DNA of 64,000 nt from Octopus vulgaris (lineage: Eukaryota): contig OX597821.1 in NCBI GenBank assembly GCA_951406725.2, forward strand, positions 9,982,001-10,046,000, in the 5' to 3' direction. The notes under the pieces are model-generated. The model saw only the letters and a list, made by a program, of their open reading frames with translations, did not search any database and was not told where the DNA came from. The translations under genes and the position numbers were made by a program. This document shows, piece by piece, positions 1-13,229 of this stretch. The first letter of the stretch is position 1. Each line of letters starts with the position of its first letter.

Positions 1-4
1 GCAT

Positions 5-42
<38 letters not shown>

Positions 43-100
43 CATATAATATATATATATATATATATACCATGTATATATAACTTATATATCACTTATA

Positions 101-344
101 CTCTCTCTTTTACTTGTTTCAGTCATTTGACTGCGGCTATGCTGGAGCACCGTCTTTAGTCGAGCAAATCGACCCCGGGACTTATTCTTTGTAAGGGCAG
201 TACTTATTCTATCGGTCTCTTTTACCGAACCGATAAGTGACGGGGACGTAAACACACCAGCATTGGTTGTCAAGCAATGCTAGGGGGACAAACACAAACA
301 CTCAAACACACACACATACATACATACATATATATATATATATT

Positions 345-375
<31 letters not shown>

Positions 376-529
376 ACGACAGGCTTCTTTCAGTTTCCGT
401 CTACCAAATCCATTGGTCGGCCCGGGGCTATAGCAGAAGTCACTCGCCCAAGATGCCGCGCAGTGGGACTGAACCCGGAACCATGTGGTTGGTTAGCAAG
501 CTATTTACCACACACCCACTCCTGCGCCT
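101..529 (-). mobile_element. tRNA-derived SINE, family A (internal TA/TG microsatellite)
   Basis: Reverse complement reads AGGCGCAGGAGTGG..GTGGTAA..GGTTCCGGGTTCAGTCCC (Pol III A/B-box-like head) and ends GCTCCAGCATAGCCGCAGTCAAATGACTGAAACAAGTAAAAGAG; near-identical copies at 5227, 11364, 53331, 59124. Confidence 0.9.
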
Positions 530-627
530 ATACTTATATATATATTATATATATTTCATATTATATATATATATATATTATATACTACATATATATATCT
601 CATGTTATATATATGTATACATATATC

Positions 628-840
628 AGGAGCACTCCGTCGGTTAGGATGACGAGGGTCCCAGCTGATACTATCAACGGAACAGCTTGCTCGTGTAATT
701 AACGTGCAAGTGGCTGAGCAATCCTCAGACAGGTGTACCCCTAACGTAGATCTCAGGCAGATTAAGCGTAACAAAAACTGTGACAAGGATGGCCCTTTGA
801 AATACACTTAAAACTCATTGTTGCCAGCTGAGTGGACAGT
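628..840 (-). mobile_element. SINE family B, 5'-truncated
   Basis: Reverse complement is similar to the body of the tRNA-headed copy at 34655-34950 (CTCAGC.GGCAA..ATGAGTT, AAAGGGC, TTGTCACA, CTGAGA, CGAC.GAGTGC). Confidence 0.7.
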
Positions 841-1299
841 CGACAGACACACACACGCATATATGTGTGTATGTGTATATGTGTTAGGGAATGTGTGAGT
901 GAATGAGTGAGAGATTGTGTATATGAACGTGCACGCACGCATTTGTATATGTATGATTATTTTTATTTTCTAAACACAACGGTAATGTAATTTTGAGGTT
1001 AACATCCCATAACGTAGGGGGTCAGACGGAATAAATAATGTCTAAAATTCAAAAATTGGAAACGAACGAAGTATCAGATCGATATGACTTGAAACCTTCA
1101 AGAGGTTACCCAGAGATGTCGGAGTACAGTGCCAAAAACAAACAAAAGAGAGTACAATTAAAGATTGAACGAACACGCTCACACACACACAAACACACGC
1201 ACCCGCGTACACATACGCACCCTGTGTACACACACGTACACACACACACACACAGAAGTGCAAAGAAAGTGACAGCAAATTGGTATGAACTGCAGTCTG

Positions 1300-1490
1300 G
1301 CATAGATGCTAGCGGTAAAGTGCTTAACGGCAGTTTTTTTCATCGTTTTTAATTCAACATTTCGTTAGGACCATTTGCGTTTGTCTTTTTCAGAGGTTAA
1401 TAAATTATGTACCTGTTGAGCACTGGGGTAGATGTAAATGACTTATTCCCTCCTATAAAACTGATGGTCTTGTGCTAAAAGTAAAATCTC
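1300..1490 (+). mobile_element. degraded SINE family C
   Basis: Contains TAAATTATGTACCTGTTGAGCACTGGGGTAGATGTAAATGACTT, matching the reverse complement of 15500-15726. Confidence 0.55.
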
Positions 1491-1836
1491 AGAAAACGGC
1501 AATGTATGAGAGAACTGTGTAGGAAAATAATATTTAAATATGATTCGAAAAGGATGAGAAGCGGGTGGGATCCTGAGAGGCGGGTACTTGCGTGAGATTG
1601 TTTCTACCCTTATGCGCGCGACTGCTTGTGTATATGTGTGTTTATGTGTTAATGCATGGCTGTTTTTAAATCTCTTTTTTCCTGTTGAAGGTCAAATCGG
1701 ATCCACCAAGTCTTCTGATGAAAATCGTTCAACCGGAAGTTACACATTTATGTTATTTTTTTTCTTTTCAAACACTGTCTATCGCTGACTAACGTAATCT
1801 ATGTGTGTCTTTCTAAGTAGTGTTAAGATGCTTCCT

Positions 1837-1883
<47 letters not shown>

Positions 1884-2029
1884 CTCTCTCTCACTCTCTC
1901 TTTCTCTCTCTCTCTATATATATATATATCCATCTCTCTTTATTTCTCTTTGTTTTGAGGATGGGAAACTGAACTGCTACTTCTAGGGTGCATATGTTAG
2001 TGTATGAATTGGTTACAACATCAATAAAA

Positions 2030-2215
2030 ATGCTTATCGTTTTTTTTTTGTCTTATTTCCTCTTTCCGCGCCATTACATTCTGAGTTCAAATTACGCCTC
2101 GTTGACTTCTTGTTTCATTCTTTCCAGGGTTGATAGAATAAAGCACAAGTCAAGTATTATGGACGATGTCGTCGATTATCCTGTCCCTCTCTAAATATTT
2201 GATCTTGTGTCTGTT
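2030..2215 (+). mobile_element. degraded SINE family C
   Basis: TTACATTCTGAGTTCAAATTACGCCTCGTTGACTT..TTTCATTCTTTCCAGGGTTGATAGAATAAAG matches family C. Confidence 0.55.
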
Positions 2216-2392
2216 TAGATAGAATTCGATAGAGGCTATGGTTTTTTTTTTTCAAATGTTTCATTGTGTTTGTGCTAATTTTCCTATTTAAAATTGTGTC
2301 TAAAATTTGAAATTATTCTGAGAAAGTGAAAAGTATTTATAATTTAAGCATATAACTTTTGAGGCCAACATCACATATTAATAACTTTAGTA

Positions 2393-2570
2393 AAGCGGCT
2401 CGCTAGCGCATTCTCTAAGACACCGGAGAAAATTCTTAGAGGAACTTCATCCATTTTACATTCTGAGTTCAAATACCACTGAGCTCTACCTGGCATTTCA
2501 TCCTTTCGAGGTCGATGTAATCGATCAGTCGCTTCCCTATGATTTTAGGTTTTGTGGTTGTACTAGAAAG
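2393..2570 (+). mobile_element. degraded SINE family C
   Basis: TTACATTCTGAGTTCAAATACCACTGAG..TTTCATCCTTTCGAGGTCGATGTAATCGA. Confidence 0.6.
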
Positions 2571-3159
2571 GATATAACCTACATCAGTTTGTGGAAATTA
2601 TTTTACTTTCTCAACATTCAAGAATGAAAATGTTTTCTTTTTTTCCTTGATGTTTGTATATGAACTCAGAACATGCCTTAAAGCAACGTTCTAATGTCTT
2701 TATCAATCTATCGCAAAATATTAATAGCATGGCTCCGTCTTGTGAAGATTACGTTTATAGAGTGACGTTGCTAGATACATATCAAGGTCACGTTTAAACG
2801 GAGACTTACTATTGAGAAGGGAAAGACATTTAAGGAGTCCATAAATGAATATATACATAATCATTCGAAAACAACATGCTCACAAACGCATGTATCTGAA
2901 TATTGAAACAACATACATATATGTTTATATGTAAGTGTGAATGTGTTAACACATGTTTCATATGTGTATATAGGTGTGCTTGTGGAAGTTTCAGTTTGTA
3001 CGAGTGTGGAAGTGTGTGCATATGCGCGCATCTGTCTGATTATCTGCTCTCTAGGAACATATAATATATGTGCATTTGTATATATATATAAATATATATA
3101 TATATATGTATATATATATAATTATATATATGTCTATATTTATATATGTGTATATATAT

Positions 3160-3207
<48 letters not shown>

Positions 3208-3344
3208 GTATGTATATATAAATGTTTTTATTTTTCATACCCTTCGAGAATTTATCCCTAATTCGTGGTTATGACTTTAACTGTTCTTTCTAGCGTAATG
3301 CATTCCTATGATAGAAGCCTCTTAATGTGTTTTCATGGACACTG

Positions 3345-3438
<94 letters not shown>

Positions 3439-3758
3439 TTAATGTAGGATAAAATATTTTCCTAAAAAAAATTTTATCAATGGCTAGCATGTTAAAAAAT
3501 ACCTTTAAAGGTTAAATTTATAAACAACTTATAAATAAGGGCAAACGAAAATGTTTCTAATGCCAAATATGCCGAAATTAGACACTTAGTCCATAACTAT
3601 ATAATTATTCACAATACGCACGCTATTCAGAAAAGGTCGACAGAAATTTCCAAAAATTCCATTATTACCATATCGGGCCGATTTTAGGGTTAGTTCATAA
3701 GAACCCTCCCTTCGTCAGTGATAAATGTGGCAAAGAAATTAATGAGATATTTACTCAA

Positions 3759-3918
3759 ACCCATGGAAGAAGCAAACACTAAGTCATGTGCACAATTAAG
3801 TACCGCAAATACATCAAAATAGAAATTCTCCAGCCAAAATGGGCTGGAGAATTTCTATTTGGATGTATTTGGGGTACTTAATTGTGCACATGACTTAGTG
3901 TTTGCTTCTTCCATGGGT
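3759..3918. repeat. near-perfect hairpin (77-bp arms, 6-nt loop), probable inverted Penelope-like pseudo-LTR
   Basis: 3759-3835 is the reverse complement of 3842-3918 with 2 mismatches; flanked by (TA)n/(TG)n; degenerate hammerhead motif adjacent at 3671-3724 (-). Confidence 0.85.
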
Positions 3919-3927
3919 ATTTATAGG

Positions 3928-4062
<135 letters not shown>

Positions 4063-4228
4063 GTATGTATATATGTATATATTCACAATTTAGGTCAGAA
4101 AAATATATCGGGGTATCTCTCTTTCTCAATTCCTTTCTCCACATCCTTTCTTGTAACACGGATGTGAGATGGCATGTCTTTTGTTGCGCTATGTACACGA
4201 GCCTTGTGTTGCGGTTGAATTATTGTTG

Positions 4229-4840
4229 TTAACACAGTGTTATTTTCGTGAAAAGAAATTGTTTTTCTTGTTTTTTTGTGAGGGGTGGGGGTGGCAAATG
4301 TTTTTTAACACGGAGGTGTTGTGGGGGATGTTTTCCTGTGTGTCTGTAGTGTGCCTGCTTGCTTTCTTTATCGGCGGCATGGCGTCTGGAGCTTGGGCTT
4401 TTTTCTCTTGCGTGATAGCACCGTCGTAAAATCCATCTCCGCTTCCACCACAATTGTTGTGTCTTCTGATTTTTCTCTTGGGATTTTTATTTCTCTTTTT
4501 CCTTCTTTTCTTCTATTTTTCTGTTCTTTTTTTTCTTTCTCTTACTTTTTTTCGGTGATCATTAGTGCTTTCTTTAATGTTTTCTATTTGAGGAGGGGCT
4601 TCATTTTTTTTTGTTTTTATTTCGCATTCTGAGCAGACGTGGCCCTTTTCGATTCACTTGAAGCATTGAGGCCTACGTCCATAGATTGCGACTCTGACAC
4701 TTAGCCCAACCCCTATAAAAACTCTATCGGGCATCGTTTCTAGCACTTCGTTTGAAGCCACTACCAGCATCTTGACGGTCTGTCGTCTCCAGTTCACAGC
4801 CTCCCTCAGCTTCATTTGCAGTATCCCCATCTCTTCCTCC
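4229..4840 (-). pseudogene. degenerate Tx1/L1-type ORF1 (gag-like CCHC knuckle) remnant
   Basis: Translates ..VRVAIYGRRPQCFK*IEKGHVCSECE followed by a K/E-rich region; same architecture as LSVVVEGRPPVCYKCKSRGHMKDVC in the intact ORF at 46473-47855. Confidence 0.75.
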
Positions 4841-5174
4841 ATATCGTATATATAATATTTATATATAATATTTATAGCTTTACATATAATGGCTGAATTA
4901 TACATAATGCTATAAGCTTTGTCACTTCGTTCAGTGTTGCCCCCTTTCATCTACAAATGAGCGACAAGAGTCAACAAACTCGAAATATCGATATATCTGA
5001 TTCTCGAGAGAGGGCGACACTGAACGAACATTTTTACCATAAGAGAGGATTATTTCTCCAAGGTAACTGCAGTGTATTTGCCTTTAGCAGAAGAAATATG
5101 TGACAAATATATTTCAACTAACCTAAATTGTGATTAGACGTACACACTGCTCAGCACATGTACTACGATATATA

Positions 5175-5226
<52 letters not shown>

Positions 5227-5227
<1 letters not shown>

Positions 5228-5597
5228 TCTCTCTTTTACTCTTTTACTTGTTTCAGTCATTTGACTGCGGCCATGCTGGAGCACCACCTTTTAGTACTTA
5301 TTCTATCGGTCTCTTTTTGCCGAACCGCTAAGTGACGGGGACGTAAACACACCAGCATCGGTTGTCAAGCAATGCTAGGGGGACAAACACAGACACACAA
5401 ACACACACACATATACATATATATACATATATACGACAGGCTTCTTTCAGTTTCCGTCTACCAAATCCACTCACAAGGCATTGGTCGGCCCGGGGCTATA
5501 GCAGAAGACACTTGCCCAAGATGCCACGCAGTGGGACTGAACCCGCAATCGTGTGGTTGGTTAGCAAGCTACTTACCACACAGCCACTCCTGCGCCT
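5227..5597 (-). mobile_element. tRNA-derived SINE family A
   Basis: Near-identical to 101-529 and 53331-53746, with an internal deletion. Confidence 0.9.
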
Positions 5598-6076
5598 GTA
5601 TATATATATATACAGTCCTATATATTTATAAATCTCTATATGTTCTTCTTAATAAGAATGTACTAAATAACTTACTTAGTACATCGAGTTAGTTGTCATT
5701 ATGAGAGGATTGGAAGAAGTAGCATCTTGATCATTATTTACTAAGATTCGAACGCTTCATATTCAAAGCAATATATCAATATCGATACCTTATCAAACAT
5801 TAGAACGACGTAAATGTTATGAACAATATTCTAACTCGTGCATAGAAAATAGATGCCATACATGTAAGAAGGAAATATTTATTAGGTGTATTGAAAAGAG
5901 ACCGAAAGATCAGTGATGGAAAGGAGTGACGTTGCAAAGGTAACTGAAATGTTACAAACATTGGTTCTCATTCCTAAGGTATTTTTCGATGTTATTATCA
6001 TTATTATCATTATGGCGGTGCCCCAGCATGGCCACAGCTCATGAGCTGAAACTAGAATCAATCAATCAATCATCAA

Positions 6077-6080
6077 TCAA

Positions 6081-6153
<73 letters not shown>

Positions 6154-6225
6154 CCAGGTCACTCCCTGGAATCGAACTCGTGCTCTTAACCACTAAGCTA
6201 TATACTGTTGGGCATAATAATAATG

Positions 6226-6318
<93 letters not shown>

Positions 6319-6496
6319 GTAATAATAATGATGATGATGATGATGATGATAACAGAAAAATACCAAAGGAATGAGAACCCAGGTTCGAAATTTCCCCAAG
6401 ACACCTCATGAAGGCTGGAGGGTATATCAGCCGAACAGCTGTGTTAACAACAAAAAAGATGAGGACAAACATCCGTCAAGTGTAAATAATGTAAAT
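6077..6496. mobile_element. tRNA-head/(AAT)n/hammerhead-like-tail SINE family D, internally inverted copy
   Basis: tRNA-like head on - strand (6153-6210) flanked by (TAT)n and (AAT)n; + strand tail 6350-6496 matches 25840-25944 and contains ACAC-CTCATGA-AGGCTG..CAGCC-GAAC-AGCT-GTGT. Confidence 0.7.
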
Positions 6497-6499
6497 ATA

Positions 6500-9400
6500 T
6501 AGTTTCAGTCCCACGACTGTGGCCTTCCTTAGGCACCGGCGTTTACTTTGCTACACTTTCATTAAACCTCCTCTGATCTGTGACATTTGGTGGGTGAGGG
6601 AGTTCGGCGTTGCTACTCTCATCTGTGTTTCGTTCCTAGAACAAATGACAGAAGGGGATCTCGTTTTGTTTTGAAAATGCCTACATCCACACCATGCAGG
6701 TCAGCTCAGGATTTGTTGGGGTAGGGATATTGAAGTGTTCTGGGCCTTTGAAGCATTCGCTCCTGTATCCTGATGACAATGATGGACTTGTGTTACCATG
6801 CAGTAGCGCCGCGTTCAGCTGTTTCTGTAAGTGAAATTGTCAAAAATATGGAACAAGATTCTCTAGGAGTCTTTTAGATGTATATTACTATACAATTGCC
6901 CCACCTTCACTCCAGTCAGTAGAGTTTTAAGTCTCCCATTAGATGACGCGTTGCATTGTATCGATCTTCCTTGTGTAGCTTTGCTGGATCGCGTCGTGTT
7001 CCATCGTTAGTTTTACAGTTTTTGGTGACCACAGTTAGGTGCAGTACTCCAGATAGCCGAGAGCAGTCTTCTAAAAGACCATCATGGTTTCCTTTCCTCT
7101 TATGAGGAAAGTTCGAAGGACCATCCGTCCAGACGTCTGCATTTTATTGCCAACTTGGTGATGTGCACCTGGAAAGATGCACCATTACCCATGCCAAGCC
7201 CAGGTCACGCAGTGATGTTCTTTCAGGGATTGGAATCCCTCCTTGGCCAGCGAATTCTATCTGCTTTTTATTCAGCTTCCTGTGTTGGTAACGCAGCACT
7301 TGGAATTTTTGCAGCCTTAAACTGTATGCTATTTTCCTTAGCCCACTTATATATTGCGTCCAACTTACTTTGCAGATGCACAGCGTCTCCAGGGTTCTGT
7401 CTCCTGTGAGAGACTTTTGTATGATCTGCATGTCTAGGAATGTACTAGAGAAGCTGCTGCCATGTCAGAGAGGGCCATTATGAATAGCCGTGGCTCCAGC
7501 TCAGTGCCTTGTGGAACACCGTTCATCATTTGTGTTTTCTTGGGGCTGTCCTGATTGATCACCACTACTTCATTTCTACCTTTTAGAAAGTCATGCAGCA
7601 ATTCTCCAAGCTTTCCAAGTATGCCAAAATTACGAAGCTTGTGACAATGCATACCATAGTCGACTTTTTCAAAGGCTTTTGCCAAGTCGAGTTATATCAC
7701 GTCAGCATTTGAGTTGCTTAGCAGCTGCTTTAGCACCCAACCATAATTTTTACAAGAGCTGACAAGCAACTTCTACCTGGTCTGCCGTGCTGGGTGTTAT
7801 TCGGTAAGTCATTCTCTTCGAGGAATGCAATTCATTTCCTTCGGACTATTCTCTCCATGACTTTGCTGCTCTGCTTCCTCCTTTATGGATAGGGCATATT
7901 ATTCCCTTCTTAATTTGTCCGGGAGCTTACCATTTGGGAAGCTCTGAAAAAGCAGTTGCAATGGCTTTGCAATAACTCGTTTGCATGACTTGAGGACGAT
8001 TGCTGGGAATCCTTCATAGCCAGCAACTGAGATTGCTTCCATATCATCTATTGCTAACATTACATCGTTTTCTTTGATGTTGATGTAATCAGTTGTTTTT
8101 GCATCTCGCTCAGCTTCTGTAGCGGTAAAGAATTCTACGGGTATGCTAACTTGCATGTGCTGTAGGGGTGGGTTGAATAAACTTTTGAACTTTTTTTTCA
8201 GTACCTCACTTATCCTCAATGGGTTTCCTGCGAGGGAGCCATCATTTTGGAGGAGTGGCCCTACTCTGCAATGCACAGACACAATCTCCTTGGCGTACCT
8301 AAAGAAAGCTGTAGGGTCTGATTTTATATTTCTTATGAACCAGTCTTCTCTATTTGATCACTCCTTCTTATGGAAGTGCTTGAGTTGTCTCTCAATCTCT
8401 CAATCTCCAGCAGCTCTGATTCCAGATAGAGTTTCTCACTGCCGATGAGTTCTCTGTTGAGGTAGTTTGCAAGCTTTGCTCACCATCTCATAGGAACTTA
8501 ATTCTCCCTAGGAATCTTGTTTTTATATGCAGTTGTCGTTCTCTCTGGAACAAAGTTGAGGCTTATAGCTTGCATTACGGACATTATCCATTTCATGTCT
8601 ATGTCTGGTGTAGAGAGACACAGAGAACAGTCCTGTTTGGTGATCTCTTTCTCAGTTAATTTCCAATCTGCTTTGTGGTAGTTCAGAATTTATAGGTTTT
8701 AGGTGCTTCTCATAGGCTTCATGTCTGTGGGTTCTTTTGGTCCATACATTTTTGTGATCCGAGATTAGTGTCAGAGTCACTTTCATATTATGGATGGGAT
8801 CCTCATTGTTTATGAAGCAGAAATGAAATATATTGTTTGTCCTGGTTGGTTGGAGTATTATTTTCTCCATATATGATTTGTTGAGCAGGGTTTCCACCTG
8901 GCTTTGCTCACATCGCATCTTTCCTCAGAGTAAAAATCCTTCGAGCGATTTAACATTGGGCAGGTTAAAGTCTCCCATATGAAGTACACTGATGTATTCT
9001 TCTATTTTGGTTTAGAACTCTTCTATTCTTGCAAGGCAGACTTCGAATAGGCCCGTGTGATTTGGCGCATCTGGTGAGAGGTAAGTAGTACACATAACTA
9101 TGTCGAGTTGTCTTATATGTACAGTTAGTGTGTCACACAGTGAGTTTGCGAGGGAAAAAAAGATCTGAGGTGTGAGATCTTCACGGATGTACATTGCAAC
9201 TCCTGTCTTTTCTATCGTTTTGGTATTTGTATTTCGGTATCTGCGATATAGGATTTTAAGTATGTTTTAATACGTGTTATGCATATGGCTTGATTGCATG
9301 TCACTGGGTCTCTCAGAAAAGTAATTTTTGTTGAGTTACTGAGTTGTAACAGTCCTCTTACATTTATGAAGTATATTGGTGTTACCTTTGTTCTCATGCC

Positions 9401-10200
9401 AGTGGTGGCCCCCCTGGATCCGTTGTTTGCGGGGGCGGAGTTGCGTATTGATGGGGATAGCTCAACCGCTGTACTTGAAGTCAGGTTAGATGTTGCACAA
9501 CCTTTTCAGCCACACAAAAACAGATTGTTATTGAGCTGCCAGCTTCTGGATAAGGTTGGGTTTCAGAGGTAATGCGTACTACATCAGTTTATTTTAGACT
9601 TGATGCAGGTGATGCACGGCTTTTTCCTCTATGTAGTTTTCCTGTGTCTTTTCGAGGGAGACATTTGCTTTTGATCTACCTGTTGTATGGTTTTGGAAGC
9701 ATGAAGCGGCTTTTTGCGGTATCTTTTCTATGCCAGCAGTCACCACTTGTGTAGGCTCCCTAACTGTTTGTAGTTTGCATATTATCTTTCTGACTATTTC
9801 GTTTTACTTTCGTTTTACTTTGCTTCATTTTTACTCCTATCGTCATCACTTTTACTTCTTTTAGCTTTATTTTTTGTAGCCCTTAATTGTTTCTTTCGCA
9901 CTCATGTGCGTTGATACAGGTTGTGGTAGGGCCATCGGTGCTGGTGTATTTTTCCTTAGCAGGGCTCTCGATTTTGATATTTGTTTCTCTTGCAGATCAG
10001 AGAGGAAAAGGAAACATCTCTCAATCACATTGGGATCTCCATCCGTGTCATCATTTTGGCGTTTCTGTGCAAAAATGGAATCCAGTGTGTTAATGTGAGG
10101 TCTGATGAGAGCATAGAAGCGGATAAATTCTTGCTTTATGTTTTTTTCACTCTACCTGTTTTGTGGTCCTTATATAGCCATTGCTGTTTAGAGCCGCCGT
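6500..10200 (-). mobile_element. degenerate near full-length CR1/L2-group LINE (ORF1 remnant, AP endonuclease, RT)
   Basis: Broken ORFs: FINVRGLL (APE start, ~9397), GDLNLP, QPTRTNNI, AGYEGFPAIVLKSC, LAKAFEKVDYG and GVPQGTELEP (RT motifs); many stops and frameshifts. Confidence 0.9.
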
Positions 10201-11069
10201 TATAATATTATTTGAATTGTCCCCTTCTGCTATTTATCACCCTCTCAGTAAGACTTTCATTTCATGAATGAACCAGTTTCGTGACATGCTTAGCCTACTG
10301 TTTCCTTCTGTATATATCTAGAGAAAGACTGAGATCAGGAGAGATACGGAGAAAAGAAGAAAGATATATGAAAGTCGTTCTGATCTATGTGTGCACAGAT
10401 AGGGAATAAATACCTATGTGTCGTTGAGTATATATCAATACACTTTCTATAGGTATATTCCTGTAAACACAAATATTTATATAATGGGAAAATAAGGAAG
10501 AATGTAAAGCGTAATGATGAAAAAGGCAAAAGTTCAATTGCATTCATTCTTATTGAAAGTGGAAGAATAAACTGACAACGTGAGAAAGTAAGTGTTTCTA
10601 TGTGTATGTAGATGTGTTTCTGGGTATATGTTTGTTTAAGTGAGGATGTTGTATGTGTATGTGGGTGTATGTGTGAGACGCGTAAGGGGGAAAGTATATG
10701 GTAGGAAAAATGCCTACAAACATTGAGTAAATGTTTACAAGACACAAGAGGCAAGTATTGGGAACTCAACACATTTGATATTTAACATAATAATAAAAAA
10801 GTGAGCGAGATTGGGTCGTCAAGTGAAAGAGGCATGGATAGATGTGAAGAATGAAAGCGTGATTGTCAGAAAGAGAAGTACTATAATGTTTATTTTCAAG
10901 CGAATAATATATGGGACAAAAACTAATATGATATCAGTTAAGAGCTGGAATTATCGAGTTGAATATCGACTTAAACTGCATGGAAGAGGGAGCATGTTTC
11001 AATAATAACAGAATATTTTTCTGATGGAACCTATTTTGTAATCAGGAAAACTATTCAAAAGTCAAGAAA

Positions 11070-11330
11070 AGGAGTGGCTCTGTGGTGAGAAGCTTGTTTT
11101 CCAACCACATCATTATTGCTTCAGTTTCACTGCGGGTCAACTTCAGTAAGTGTATTCTATTATACTCCCAGCATTGTGAATGGATCTGGTTGACGGAAGC
11201 TGAAAGAAGCCCGTTGTATATTGGTTCGGTAAAATACTTAGCTTCAAATATAAGTACTGATGTAAATTCGTTCGACTAAAAGGAAGTGCTCCAGCATGGC
11301 CGCAGTCTGATGCATGTCAAAAAGTAAAAG
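11070..11330 (+). mobile_element. degraded SINE family A
   Basis: GGAGTGGCTCTGTGGTGAGAAGC..GACGGAAGCTGAAAGAAGCCCGT..GTGCTCCAGCATGGCCGCAGTC. Confidence 0.75.
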
Positions 11331-11363
11331 GCACAGGGGTGGCTGATGTCTGAAAAAAATTAA

Positions 11364-11784
11364 AGGCGCAGGAGTAACTGTGTGGTAAGTAACTTGCTTA
11401 CCAACCACATGGTTCCGGGTTCAGTCCCACTGTGTGGCACCTTGGGCAAGTGTCTTCTACTGTAGCCTTGGTCCGACCAAAGCCTTGTGAGTGGATTGGT
11501 AGACGGAAACTGAAATAAGCCCGTCGTATATATGTATATATATATATATATGTATGTATACGTATGTATGTGAGTTTGAGTATGTTTTTGTCCCCCCAAT
11601 ATCTCTTGACAACCGATGCTGGTGTGTTTGCGTCCCCGTAACCTAGCGGTTCGGCAAAAGGGACCAATAGAAAAAGTTCTAGGCTTACAACGAATATGTC
11701 CTGGGGTCGATTTGCTTGACTAAAGGTGGTGCTCCAGTATGGTCGCAGTCAAATGAATGAAACAAGTAAAAGAGTAAAAGAGAG
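11364..11784 (+). mobile_element. tRNA-derived SINE family A, full length
   Basis: AGGCGCAGGAGT..GGTTCCGGGTTCAGTCCC head, internal (TA)n, AGTAAAAG-repeat tail. Confidence 0.9.
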
Positions 11785-13229
11785 TTTAAAATTATTGGAA
11801 AATGTTGAAACAAATGATAGATTTAAAAGAGCGAGGAGATGTTAAAAAGAAAAATAGATTTGAAATTATACGATTATGCAGCAAACATATTTAATGAAAA
11901 TACAAAAAATATAGATAAAAAATATTATCCAGGTAAGTGATATGGAAAGGATTTAAATCTAAATCTGAACGGCTTAAGTAATTTTCGATTACTGGAATCA
12001 AAACAGTATAATGGATATGCTTCAGATGAAATATCGAAGACGTGAAACACCTTTTTGACAACATATTTTGTACGAAGTAAGATGCAGCAAAATTGAGTGT
12101 CTCCAAAGGAATTAAAGTATTAAGAAAAAGGAAAATACATGTATGTGCCTGTGTGGGTGTGTGTATGGGTGTGTGATTGTGTGCGTGTGTACTTGAGAAT
12201 TGCAATGAAAACCATTGTGTGTGTGTGTGTGTGTGTGTGTTCATTATATTTAGCCAAATGATGTCAGTTGGCATTGGTACATAGGTCTACGAATCCAGTT
12301 CTACAAAATATGGATATGAAATTTCTGCTATTGAGTATATTGGTTTTTAAAATATTTTTGTTGGTCCTTTTGTCGAAAATTAGTTAGTAGTTTTCGATGG
12401 TGTTGCATCAATTTGGATTTCTAAATGTATAAAGGATTTTGTGAATATCTTTTCAACTATGTATAAGTAGGTTCCTTCAATTTAGCATCCCAAATTAATT
12501 TTCGAACAACACAATACGTGTTTACTCTTATATTATGCATTGAAACGACATAAGGCAATATTCCTTGATTGTTAACTCAACTGCTAATATTCCAGATTCT
12601 TATAGTTCTTTTATAATTCTTCGGTTTATAAGCAGAATGTAATTTCTGGCTATTTTTATTGCCGTAGTAATTCGTTTTCAGAGAGATTGTGTCACCATTT
12701 TGCAGTACCTGCCAAAAGCTGATAACTTTCTCTCAACCAGATGAATTTCTTATTGCTAAGGTAATGTAGGTTGAATGCAGGTAATGGAACAATCAGAAAT
12801 TATAGCGTGTCCATTATTTTCTGTAGCAAGTTGACAGTAGGTAGTATGAATATTTTGTTGAGGAAAATTTTATATAAAATGTCGATTAATTTACGTATTT
12901 AATAGGAGAATATTATATTCCATATAACTTATATTAAATAAAAATGTGTAATACTAGATATTGTCATGGAAGGGTATTACGCTAATAATAACATACGCAC
13001 TGTTTCAATTTCACGTCTTGTTTGTTAGTCATTTGGTTCAATACCTAACCAACAAACTAATCGATCAGTTGTATAATGTAGTGATTGTTAATTTGTGTGT
13101 CAAATTTATTTCAACGTTGTTTGCAACTCCGGTGTTCGCGACTTCATCACTCTTTGCATCATTCACATAGCCTACTCTCTCATCCCAATGTCTGCTCTGA
13201 ATCTGTCCGAAAATTACTCTTATACCTTT

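Noticed and set aside
267-702. ORFs with [18 protein letters not shown] runs, here and throughout the track
   Set aside because: Translations of (TA)n, (TG)n and (AAT)n microsatellites and SINE bodies, not genes.
1700-1750. CTGATGA as a hammerhead core
   Set aside because: No GAAA, stem III or stem I complement; chance heptamer.
4654-4656. TGA at a Cys position of the zinc knuckle read as selenocysteine
   Set aside because: Single TGY>TGA change in an otherwise decayed copy; no SECIS evident.
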